Below are positions 34,106-46,104 of a stretch of DNA of 64,000 nucleotides, one piece after another. The position numbers and the translations under genes are program-made. Every line of letters begins with the position of its first letter. Within the stretch, counting starts at the first letter, position 1. Where the stretch lies: positions 62,001-126,000 of the forward strand of contig NW_026779273.1 of NCBI RefSeq assembly GCF_030144855.1. The letters are read 5' to 3'. The stretch comes from Hypanus sabinus. Its lineage: Eukaryota. The notes under the pieces are model-generated. The model was not told where the DNA came from. It did no database searches and saw nothing but the letters and a program-made list of their open reading frames with translations.

Positions 34106-34823
34106 CTCACTCCAGGCGCAGAAATACACGGCCGACGAACTGGCCTGGAGGCCGGAGGAATTCAGATAGAACTCGCTGCTACTCGGCCTGTCCGCCGTGA
34201 AGCCGTCCACTGGGTCCTTCGGCTGCACGTAGTTAGCTATGCTTGAGGTGAAAAGGGCCTGGGGTCCGCTTCCCCGGTATTGTCTGTACCAGTAGAGATA
34301 ATCACTGTCGCTGCTCCCACCCTCCACCCTGCATCTCAGCACCATTTCCTCGCCGGGACGGCCGGAAAATGCCGGGGTCTGGTGGATCGTAACCGTGTTG
34401 GCATCTGGAAAAGAGACGGGGAAGAGAAGAGGGTTCACAAAAGTGGCTCATGGAGTAACAGGGACGTGAGGGGTATCAAAAATGCGTGGAGGAAAATGAT
34501 GAGATAGATTGAAGGTCGACACCGAGATGTCATCTGAAAAAGAGCGGAACGGCGGGAAAATACATGGATACCCCGGTGCAATTGAGAACGAGGCAAAAAG
34601 GTAGATTCAAGACTGGGAACATTGAAAGGAGAGTGTTAAAGATGGAAGATTTATGAGTTCAAGAGGATTGTGGACAAAGTTGGAACAGAGACGAAGTAAA
34701 ACAGCCCATTTCGATGGGTTAGATCGCGCGCGAAATGGGAAACGAAAGCGAGCATAATAAATAAATATTAGGCAATTGTCACTCACAGTGGAAGGCGAGG
34801 ACCAGTTGCAACAACAGCAACAT
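34106..34823 (-). CDS. TRBV: TRBV V10 (family B/C-related), inverted, probably functional
   Basis: Leader 34823-34787 MLLLLQLVLAFH T|GTGAGT; V exon 34404-34106 VTIHQTP...LRCRVEG...WYRQ...YFCAWSE. Confidence 0.94.
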
Positions 34824-37399
34824 GTTCGCTTGGCGTTTCTTCTCTCAGTAATGGACGAACTATTCACTCCTTACGTAGCAAGCTGAAACAGGCAATTAGG
34901 ATTGTCCACGCCCCTTTCCTCTCTGCTCCAATCGGAATGGCGCTGTGTGTAAACGAGACCGCCGAATCCCCGCCCCGAATTTCGCTGCAGTTGCTTCTCT
35001 CCCCTGACACCCTTCCAAACTCCCCTCTCTATCTCTTTGAGTCGGATTTGTCCTCGCTTCCTTGAACGCGGGCTCGCCGTCCACTCACTCCCTTTCTCCC
35101 GTAATTTTTAATTCCATTCCTGCTGACCCACTCCCTGCTCGTCCTCGATGCCGCACTCTGCGCCGCGTCTCGTAGTCAATTATTAGTCCCATCCGACGGT
35201 CTATCAATCTACCCACTTGCCTAATAATTAATTTTAATATATACTGCATATGCATATGTATCTATTTATTATCTGCCCTATCATTCGTTGTGTGCCTTTT
35301 ACCCTTGTAAATTGATGTACTACCTCTCCTACTGGACGTCCCCCCGCCGATATGTGACCTACCCCGTTTATCTGTTTATCTGTCTTTCTGTCGGCCTGTA
35401 CGCCTGTCCGTCTATCCGTTTATCAATCTATCTATCTGTCTGTAAACATACCTGTCCGTCTGATTGCGGTCTGTCCAGTTTCGTATGAGATGTCCCTAAT
35501 CACCCGCCTCAAATCAGACTGAATGGCGACCGATGTAAACTCTCTTTCTGTTTTGTTTCTTCTTGCTGTTCTTCAAGCCCGCCGCTTCCTTCANNNNNNN
35601 NNNNNNNNNNNNNNNNNNNNNNNNNNNNNNNNNNNNNNNNNNNNNNNNNNNNNNNNNNNNNNNNNNNNNNNNNNNNNNNNNNNNNNNNNNNNNNNNNNNN
35701 NNNNNNNNNNNNNNNNNNNNNNNNNNNNNNNNNNNNNNNNNNNNNNNNNNNNNNCACCTCTTTATCTGTCTGTCTCTCAGACTCTCATCTCGGCGACTGA
35801 CTGACAATGAAGAGTATCGGTGTGCAGGAAGAACGGAAGTGGGACTGAGAACTGGGGCCGGCCACAGCGCCCTGACCTCCTGATGAGACTCGTCATTCAA
35901 TAGTTAACCAGCCGATGGCGCAGCGAAACCAGGTGCTGAGTGGCGACTCACAGCATCTTGTTTGTGATTTGTGCGTTGACGGTGGAGGAATGATCTGCTG
36001 GTGAAACGAAACGGTGTGAGGAGCAGGGACAGAAATGATGGGGAGTGGAGAAAGATGAAAGTGTATGAGATAAGTACTGTTCCTCTGTTCCGGTTTACTG
36101 CCTGCCACTTACTCTTGTAAATAGACACCTCTCCGATCGGTAATATTCCCCATCATTTATGTATTTTCGTATGTCTGCAGCTCGATCACCCCTCCCCAAT
36201 ACTAACACGTGTCATGTTCTTGTTCACTGTCCTCTCATCATTCTGTGTTCATCATTCTGCTACGCCGCCGGCCCGCCTGGTTATCTCTCTATTTCCGTCC
36301 CTGCACTCTGATATATTTATTCCGATCACTTCCTTCATTTGGTTCTAAAATTTATTTATTCCTTCTGTCCATGGCTGATTCAGGGAGGCTCTCTATTTTG
36401 CTTTGCAAGTCTGACCTCCTGCTGTCCGACATCCGAAACTCCACCCCCCACACTCCCCGCGCCCCATCTGTGTTTGAACATCTCATCTCCCAAAATGTGT
36501 CTGTGAGGCGAGACGAAGGGAATTGGTATACCAGACGATGGAACTGAATACTGTCTCAACGATCAGCACCCTGACCTGGGCCTCGAGTATCTGGTTGAGA
36601 GAGACAGATGTAGAAATCTGCATCGTGCCGGAAATCTTCACCCGCAAGTCTGCGTTTCTGTCTTACAGGCTGTGCGAACTTATATTACTCTGAACAGTTA
36701 TCTTTGAAGAGCCCCTGTCTTCACTCGCAAATTATTCCCAACCTCCGCAAATTGATATATCCGCCCGGAAATCTGGCACCGTCGCCGACTGTGGGTCTAA
36801 AACATTAGAAAGCAGAATATGAAGCGCCAACGGCCAGGGGAACGGCAGAGATCGGGACGCGGTACTGTGACGTCATCGGTAGCTCCACGGGCCTGAACCT
36901 GCTCTTTCCGTTTCTCTCGCCGTACATCTCGGTTTCACCGTGGCTCTGAGAGATCCGACAGTTTCGGATGCAGGGGGAGAAGAGCACAGCAGGCGAGGGT
37001 GGAAAGTGAGGGCGTATTACAATAGGGGAAGATGGAGTGGAGAGAAAGGGAAAGTAAGAGAAACGAAGAGGGAAGAGACAAAGACGAAGAGCGTGTATGG
37101 AGAGGAAAGAGGAGAGGATGTGTGTGGGTGCTTGAGAGGGATGGGAGAGAGAATGCGTGAGAGGAAGACTGCGAGAGAGATTTCTGCAGTGCTGAAAGCC
37201 ACCAATAACTTTTCACCGAATGAAAAGTTGACTGCCAAACCCAGCTCTGCATAAACCGCTTAAAAATAAGGGAGATAATTAGGAGCATAGAAGGCGCTGC
37301 TGTTCAGGATGGTTTCAGTTGCGCTTCTGCAGAAGTTAAGCAACAACTTTTGAGGGAGTTTCAGCTTTCTGAGGAAGAAGAGTGTTGTGCCTTTTACAG

Positions 37400-37990
37400 A
37401 AGCATCGAGGTGTTGGTGCTCCATGTCTGCTGTTCTGACAACCTAACTCCAAGGAACTGTAAGTTTTCGAAATTAAGATCTGCAGATATGTAATCGGCCA
37501 ATCATGTGACAGGCATTTGTCGAGGCTTATTGAGAAAGTAAGGAGGCATGGGATACAAGGGGACATTGCATTCTGGAACCAGAACTGGCTTGCCAACGGA
37601 GGGTAAAGTGTGGTTGTAGACAGGTTATCTTCTGCATGGAGGTCGTTCACCAGGGGAGTTCCTCAGGGATCTGTTCTGGGACCCTTAATTATCGTGAATT
37701 TTATAAATGATCAGGACGATGAAGCGGAGGGATGGGTTGGTCAAGTTGATTATTACATGAAGGTTGCGGCTGTAGAGGATAGTGTGGAGGCCTGTTAGTG
37801 GTTGCGATGGGGCATTGAGAGGAATCAAAACTGGGCTGAGAATTGGCAGATGGCGTTCAACCCAGGTAAGTGTGAGGTGGTTCATTTTGCTCGGTCAAAT
37901 AAGATGGCAGAAGGATCTTGGGGTCCGAGTCCATAGGACACTTAAATCTGCTGCGCAGGTTGAATCGGTGTTTAAGAAAGTGGGGGGTGG
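37400..37990 (+). mobile_element. CR1 RT fragment
   Basis: GVPQGSVLGPL motif. Confidence 0.8.
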
Positions 37991-39871
37991 GGGGTCTCAT
38001 ACACACTCTTCCAGACGACACAAACGCGATGGAGTTATGGATGTTGAGTGATCTTGGTAAAAGTCCAGTTAGAAATCTGTCCGGAGAAATGATAAATGTG
38101 TGTTAGAAATGCAACAGTTCGGTCTCGAACGATAGAGAAATACGAGAATATGAAATATTTTTAGGAATATAGAGAAAATGAAGAGAACGAAGTATGGTTT
38201 ATACTGAGGTCGTAAAAGAATGTTCAGCTTTGTCTCGTTACTTACACGCAACCCTGGGGAAAGTACCTCTTATGTGCACGAAACGCTGTAAAAGTTTCAG
38301 CAGCAATAGAACACACCTGGAGTCTGGTTTTGCTGTTAACAATCACGATTTTATTACTAACTACGTAAACCAGGTAAAGCAAGTGTTGTCAGTATTATGC
38401 ATCTCTGTGTGTGTAAAAACATAAAGTTCCCAAAGTTATTCACGCTCGGATGGCAAGCGTTACCGTCTAAAGATGGAATGTAAGAAATTTCTGTTCAGTT
38501 CAAATGGACAGAATTTGAAGTGAGACAGTTATTTGTAATCCAAACAAACAGGTGTTGTCGGTCTTCCCGTTGTCCTCGGAATCCTCACACGAAACATCAC
38601 TAAAAGAAGCTTAACACAAGGGCGAGGGACATCGTTAACCGAACCACCACCCAGGCAAGGATAGACACGCCGGTAGATTGAACAAGGTTACCCCAATCAC
38701 ACACAGCGTGATTGCCACTTACCCAGTTCCACGACCTACGAAATAACTCCAACAATGATTTGCCACAGGGGTGTTTTCAATAGAGAATGTGCTGTTAACC
38801 AATTAAGATACAATGTTTGGGGTGTGGCAGGAAACAAGTGTACGCCGAGGAAACACGTGCGGTCACGCTGTAAAGGTAGCGGCAAGAAATGAGGACAACA
38901 GTCGATAATCAAACGGACAAAGAAAAATGCCAGATTACGAGGGACCCAGTGGCGTTGAGCATCGGCGTTTCGGAGGGTTTACGTACCAATCAGTATCTCA
39001 GGAGGAATATTCCAGTGCCAGATGCTATTCCGGAAGGTTCAGCAGGAGAAAGCTCCGATGTATCGAGACCAACTGAAGATGTATCTTCGGCAGCCATACT
39101 TCTGACAACATCTCACATTTCTTGCGGAATCTCAGTAAATAAGTTGTCATCCGATGCTATACCTCAGCAATCACCTTCCCTCAGAGTATTCCTTCTCTTA
39201 GATGGACTGCCTTCCCATGTTGACGAGCACCGTCTGCCCGAAACACCCAATGTACTAAATGCAATTCGACAGACTGGGCCTTAACCGCACAAAGTGTCCA
39301 AGTATTTAATTTAATTCCCAGAAGGCATTGCGATTGCAGTTACTGCTTGCGACCGAGGAACGACGATTGGATGAGTGGATTTTATGAGCGCGAGTTACTG
39401 AATTAGTCTCGAAGTGACAGACATATTTCAAAGCACCCCGGATGAAGAGGACATTTGCAGACTGTCCATGATAACCAGATTTCCCGAAACTTTCAATGGC
39501 TGGAGCTCTTGCAACCAAAAGCTTTCGCGAGAGAAAAGAGACGGAGTACATCCGGCGTACATGAGTAGGCTTTCGGACAGCACGGAATGCTGGCAAGGCA
39601 TAAACGTTGTATTGCTACGGTGATGTCAAAGCTTCGCATGCATCTAACGGTAGAAACACACACTTGATGGAAATGTAGTAGACATTACAGGGAACTCGTA
39701 AAGAACTTAAACTGGAAGGAGCGCAGTGGAGGCAGATTGGGAGCATGGCTCCGATCGTGGCCCAGCATGGAGTGGGGGAGGGCGGGAGCTAATCGGGCCG
39801 TCCACAGCCCCAATGGTATTGCACATGCGACTGGCGAAATGGGATTTTTTTGCGGCGGTATGGGAAAAGCT

Positions 39872-40794
39872 TCACCGAGGATTAATGCTGTCCACACAAC
39901 GTCGAATGAACTTTGCCATGTGACGTAAGGGCGATTTGACTCTCTCCTTCAGCTGAACCCTGAACCTGGCCTGGATCACGGCGTAAAGGGCCGAGTTCGT
40001 GCAGCAGCTCAATATTTGCAGCATGTAGCCCAAATGCTGCAGAGAAAATGGGGGCATCCGGACAATGTAATACATCAGACCCTCCCATATGGAAAACACC
40101 GTCAACAGAGCCCACAGGAATATGAAATTCCCCGACATCACCAGCAGTAACAAGAGAGATTGCCTGCGGTTCTTCATCTCAGGGTCGGCGGGCGTCTCCC
40201 CATCGTGCGTACCACGGAGTCCCCTCCGGACTCGGCTGGCCACTAAAACGTACCTGATGGTTAAACAGTTGAGCAGCAGAATGAAGGCAAAGGGGAATAT
40301 TGGGGTGAGGATTGAATGTATCAGAAGAAATGCTGTCTCCATAGATAGGGAAAAAAGCGAAGAATGCAGACAGAGCAGGGGCGAAACAATCATCGAATAT
40401 GACCCAGCGAGCAAAAAGTACCAGGGTAAGTTCTTTACGCAGCTCAGCACAGTCACTGTCCCCAGAACCAGAGCCGCCGCTCTCCCGGTGCAGTAATTTC
40501 CTTTCAACTTCTGAAAACAAATGGCTACAAATCGATCAAAGGTGAAAGCGACAGTGAACCAGACAGAACAGTCCGTGGCGGCGTTTAACACGACGGCGTG
40601 GAATTTACACACGGGAACTCGTAACGACCAGATGACAACCTCCCACGGTATGTAAGTAATCGGAATCCTTCTCAATAAAAGATCAAAGAGAATTACCAGC
40701 TGATCCGCTGCTACCATGGCAACCAGGTACCTTGTGACGCCTTTGGAGAGACCGCACTTTCCCCGCGACAGTATGATGATTGTCACCATGTTAA
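39872..40794 (-). CDS. GPR139/GPR142-family class A GPCR, exon 2 (rest of TM1 to C-terminus)
   Basis: Acceptor CACACAG|TT AAC ATG; LSRGKCGLSK..RYLVAM, FDRFVAIC (DRY-like), TM7 NSALY; no stop codon until 39872. Confidence 0.9.
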
Positions 40795-41189
40795 CTGTGT
40801 GGGTGAAATAAAGACCATGAACACACACTTGCATGGAAACTTCCTCAAATTCAGAATTTTTTAATCGTTAGCTCTTTAGAGCAGAGATGCAGATTTTTTT
40901 CTGAAGAACAAGGCTGGTGAATGTGTGGAATTAATCGGTACAGATGGATATGATGGGCAGTTCATTGGAGCCATTTGTGGTGGGGTTCATCGGCTCTTGA
41001 TTCGTCGTGGCTTCAATTAATACGCGGAAAGGGCGTCAGAATATGTTTGGAAGTGATGATAAATTAGCTATTATTGAATGGCGGCGAAGGCTCAGTTCTG
41101 GATTAGCCGAATTCCTGATGGGCTAATCAGTGATATCATTCGATGGCTTGGATGTTTTCTAATCTTTACGCCAGAAGAATCATTTGCAA

Positions 41190-44100
41190 AGTGTAAATTT
41201 TAAGAGGATAAAACTCTGCGCAGGAGTGTGACGTCGGGCAGTGAAGCGGGGAATATTTAAAAAGGGATTACTACAGATTACCCCAGTGGCTGTACCCCTT
41301 TGCAATAAGTACTCCTGTTTGAGTACTGCTGAAGGGGAGAGCCTACCTTGGGGAAGCAACAGTGGCCGTGCCTCCGGCACAGAATCCGACCCTGTAGCTC
41401 AGAAGGATAAGGAAAGGAAGAGGAAGGGTAACGAAATGAACATGAAGGTAGTAGTAATAGGGGACTCGATCGTTAGGGGGTCATATAGGCCATTCTGTGT
41501 ACGCGGTCAGGAGACTCGGATGGTAATTTGCCTCCCTGGAGCCCGGGTTCGGGATGTTTCTGATCGCGTCCAAGATATCCTCAAGTGTGAGGGTGAGGAT
41601 CCAGAGGTCGTGGTACGTATAGGTGCCAATGACAAAGATAGGAAAAGGGAAGAGGTCATGAAAGGAGACTATAGGGAGTTAGGAAAGCCGTTGAGAAGAA
41701 GGACCGCAATGGTTGTAATCTCGGGTTACACTTGAATCCTCGGAGGACTAATATCCTGGCGGGGAAATTTGATAAGGCTACTGGGGAGAAATTGAACGAG
41801 AATGGTTGGGGGTGGGAATCAATTTGAAGAGACTACGGGAGAGGACGTTATGTCAAAAATAGAGAACGCTCGTCGAAAGTGTGTTAGGGATGTTAGTCTA
41901 GGAGAATGGGAGAGCTCAGACCAAAAATGTAGGGAGAAGGAAGAAAAAGATGATAACATTGATGGAATCGGAAGGGATAAACAGAGAGGAAGAGGTGCAG
42001 AGTTTCTTAAATGTATCTATATTAATGCTAGGAGCATCATTGTAAGAAAGCTGGATGAGCTTAGAGCATGGATTGATTTCTGGAAATATGATGGTGTAGC
42101 TATTTGTGAAACATGGTTGCAGGCGGGGTGTGATTGGCATCTAAATAGTCCTGGATTTCATTGCTTCAGGTGTAATAGAATCGGAGGGGCAAGCAGAGGA
42201 GTTGTTGCATTGCTTGTCTGAGAAAATATTACTGAGGTGCTTTGGCTGGACAGAATAGATGGCTTATCTAGGGAGGCTATTTGAGTGGAACTGAGCAATG
42301 GGAAAGTTGTAGTCCAAATTACAGGGGTGTATTATAAAACACCTAATGGGTAGCGAGAATTGGAGGAACAATTTTTTATGGAGATAGCAGATATTTGTCG
42401 TAAGTGCAAGGTTGTGATTGTGGAAGACTTTGATTTTCCACACAGAGACTGGGGAGCCCATTCTGTAAAAGGGCTGGATGGTCTGGAGTTTGTAAACTGA
42501 GTGCAGGATAGTTTTTTGCAGCAATACATTAAGGTACCGACTGGAGAAGGGACAGTTCTGGATCTTCTGTAAGGGAATGAGATAGGTCACGTGAGGGAGG
42601 TATGCGTTGGGGAGCACTTCGAGTCCAGTGATCACAATACCATTAGTTTCAATATAATTATGGAGAAGAATAGGACTGGACCCAGGCTTGATTTTTGTTT
42701 TATTGGAGAAAGGCTAACTTTGAGGAGATGCGAAAGGGTTTAGGAGGAGTGGATTGGGACAACTTGCTTTATGGAAAGGATGCAATAAAGAAATTGAAGT
42801 CATTTAAACTTGACATTTTGAGAGTACAGAACCTTATTGTTCCTGTTAAATTGAAAGAAACGGTTAAACGTTTCAGAGACCCATTGTTTTCAAGGGAAAT
42901 TGGAAGATTGATTCGGAAAAAGAGGAAGATCTACAGTAAGTATCGGCAGCATGGAGTAAATGAGGTGCTGTAGGAATACAAAGAACGTAAGAAGAATCTT
43001 AAGAAAGAAATTAGAAAAGCTAAAAGAAGATATAAGGTTGCTTTGGCAGGTAAGGTGAAATTAAATCCAAAGGGTTTCTACAGTTATATTAGAGCAAAAG
43101 TATAGTGAGGGATAAAATTGGTCCCTTAGAGAATCCGAGTGGACAGCTATGTGTGGAGCCAAAAGAAACGGGGGCAGACTTTGAACAGTTTCTTTTCATC
43201 GGTATTCACTAAGGACAAGGATATTGTATTGTGTAACATAACGGAAACAGGAAGGGTAGTTCTGGCAACTATGATGATTAAACGAGAGGAAGTACCAGAG
43301 TTTCGAAAGGATGTAAAAGTGGATAAGTCTCCGGATCCTGACAGGTCATTCCCTAGGACCCTGAGAGAAGTTAGTGTAGAAATAGCAATAGCTCTGACAG
43401 AAATATTTCAAATGTCATTAGAAACGAGGATGGTGCCAGAGGATTGGCGCATTGCTTATGAGGTTCCATTGTTCACAAAGGATTCTAAGAGTAAACCTAG
43501 CAATTATCGGCCTGTAGGTTTGACGTCAGTAGAGACGGTATGTCTCATTATCTTGATAGACAGGGTCTGATTAGGAGCAGGTGACTAGTGGTGTGCTCAG
43601 GGATCTGTACATTGGATCATCGGGATCCAATATTGTTTGTCAAATACATTATTGATCTGTGTGATGGGGTGATAAACTGGATTAGCAAGTATGCAGATGA
43701 TGCTAAGATAGGTGGTGTTGTGGATCATGAAGTTGGTTTCTAAAGCTTGCAGAGAGATTTAGGCTAGTTAGAAGAGTGGACATAAACATGGCAGATGGAG
43801 TTTAATGCTGGTAAGTCTGAGGTGCTACGTTTTGTTAGGAATAATCAAAATATGACATATATGGTCAATGTTAGGGCATCGATGAATGCAGTAGAGCAGA
43901 GTGATCTTCGAATAACGGTGCATAGTTCCCTGAATGTGGATTCTCAGGTGTGTAGGATGATGAATAATGCTTTTGGTATGTTGGCCTTTATCAATCAGAG
44001 CATTGAGTATAGGCGTTGGGATGTTATGTTAAAATTCTACAAGGCATTGGTGAGGCCGAATTTGGGGTATTGTGTACAGTTCTGGTCACCGAACTATAGG

Positions 44101-44615
44101 AAAGATGTCATTAAATTAGATGGAGTACAGAGGAGATTTACTAGAATGTTACCTGGGTTTTAGCATCTACCTTATAGAGATTGTTTGAACAAGTTAGTTA
44201 TTTATTCTTTAGAGCAGAGAAGGCTGAGGGGAATTTGATAGAGGTATTTAAATTTATGCAGGCAATGGACAGAGATGACGTAGATAGGCTTTTTACATTG
44301 AGATTAGGGGAGATTCAAACAAGAGGACAAAAGTTTGAATCTGAGTTGAGAGTTAAGGGAAAAAGATTAGGGGTAACACAAGGGGGAGTTCTTTACTCAG
44401 AGAGAGGTAGCTGTGTGGAACGAGCTTCCAGTAGAAGTGTTAGAGGCAGGTTCAGCTTTGTCATTTAATGTAAAATTGGATAGGTATATGGCCAGGAAAG
44501 GAATGAAGGGTTATGGGCTGAGTGCGCGTCGGTGGGACAAGGTGAGAGTAAGCGCTCGGCACGGGCCAGAAGGGTCGAGATGGCCTGTATCCGAGGTGTA
44601 ATTGTTATATATTTA
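41190..44615 (+). mobile_element. Near full-length degenerate CR1 (SGNH-esterase ORF1 plus ORF2)
   Basis: VIGDSIVRG...CLPGARV; CIYINARSI; KSPDPD; KYADD; tail TGTAATTGTTATAT. Confidence 0.92.
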
Positions 44616-44659
44616 ATAACGAACTGACTAATTTTCCAAGTGCCACGCTTACATAAATT

Positions 44660-45800
44660 CAACTCCCCTCAACTGCAAACATGAGGGAACATGAGAACAT
44701 CGGAATATTAGCAATTGGAGTAGGAAAAGTCCATCTGTTCGGACTAGCATGCTACGGCAATGATGGTGACCATGGTTGATCTGATCGGGCTCATCGCCGC
44801 AAACATGCCTTTTCTTCACAGCCCTTAATCGTTCCACTATGCAAAACGATATGCCAGGCTGTTTATGTATATCAACTGCGGTCGCCTCCACTGATTGATT
44901 GAGCAGAGAATCCCACAGATTCCCCAACCGCTGGGAGAAGAAGCTCCCCGTCATCAGTGTCCTAAACTTACTCCCCAGAATCTTCAGGCTCTGTCCCTTA
45001 CTTCGAGTCTCACCTACCAGTGATATCAACTTTCCTGCCACTACCTTATCTATCGCTTTCAAAACTTTATGTTTTTATCTGATCTCCTATAATACTTCTG
45101 GATTCCGACGAGTACAGTTCCGGGCGACTCAATTACTCGTCATAGTCGAACCACGATGTGCAATCGGCCGGTGAACCATCTACAAAGCCAGTTTATCATT
45201 ACTGAAGTTCGGAGACCAGAAATGCACGGTAGTGCTGACGCATCCCCACCAGTACCTTGTGCAGATGCAGCAGAACATCGCTGCTCGAACATTCATTCCC
45301 TCTGGCTACAAAGGCGAACATCAGATTTGCTGCACCTGCAAACCAAACTTTTTGTGTTTGAAGCAAAGTCCCTCCGCACAGCAGCATCCTGTAATTGTTT
45401 ATCACTTGTTCTTCCACTTGTCCTTCCCAAGTGGATGACCTCGTAATTTCCAACTTTTTACTGCATCCACCAGACGCTAGTGTATTCGCGTATCCTATTT
45501 ATATTCCTCTGCAGGCTCTCGGTTTCCTCGGCAGCCTTTGTGCGGCAATAGATCATGACAGTGATGATGCAAACGTGACCTCATTCTCCATAACAGATGA
45601 GGCCATTTATTTATTTATTTATTTATTTAATTCAGCGATGTGGCGCCTTCCACCAAACTTCCACAAAGTCGATTAATCCTGCCTTGACACAACTGGACTC
45701 ATCTCTATGGGGCAGTAAAGATCAGAAGTCCTGGTCACCTCAGTAGAGGAGGGACGTGTAAGCTTAACAGGAAGCGCAGAAGGAATTCAGCAGAGATCTG
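44660..45800 (-). mobile_element. Degenerate CR1 fragment
   Basis: GETRSKGQSLKI...FFSQRLGNLWDSL. Confidence 0.7.
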
Positions 45801-46104
45801 ACTGGATTGGTCAGCGTTCCCTATGATCAGAGTTTGTGTGCGCTCAGACTTGCTTCTCTTGGAGTGAATCTGTATGAAAGGTCAGTTGGTAGAAGTGTTT
45901 GAGAGGAGAAGATGCAGAGATAACGTTTGCCTGACCGACAATTAACCGGGATCCCGACAGCCCGAGCGCTGCGGAGATGCTGCTTGGCCTGCTGTGTTCC
46001 ACCAGCATTTTGTGTGTGTTGTTGTTTGAATTTCCAGCATCTGTAGATTTCCTCGTATTTACCCATACATCTCCATTATTCTAAGTTCCATGTAACTCAT
46101 GTTT

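Noticed and set aside
1600-34823. Assignment as IgH/IgL, IgNAR or TCR alpha/gamma/delta
   Set aside because: Framework and CAWS/CACS ends with 23-RSS and CRE-type promoters fit TRBV best; formal phylogeny is still needed
35859-35897. CACAGCG after ...EYRCAG... as another V/RSS
   Set aside because: No nonamer at 12 or 23 bp and no V framework upstream
38889-39623. ORFs of 131, 96 and 69 aa downstream of the GPCR
   Set aside because: No recognisable domain or splice structure
39872-40834. Single-exon 320-aa GPCR starting MQVCVHG
   Set aside because: The first 13 residues are intron (polypyrimidine tract and acceptor at 40795); the real N-terminus is exon 1 at 50791
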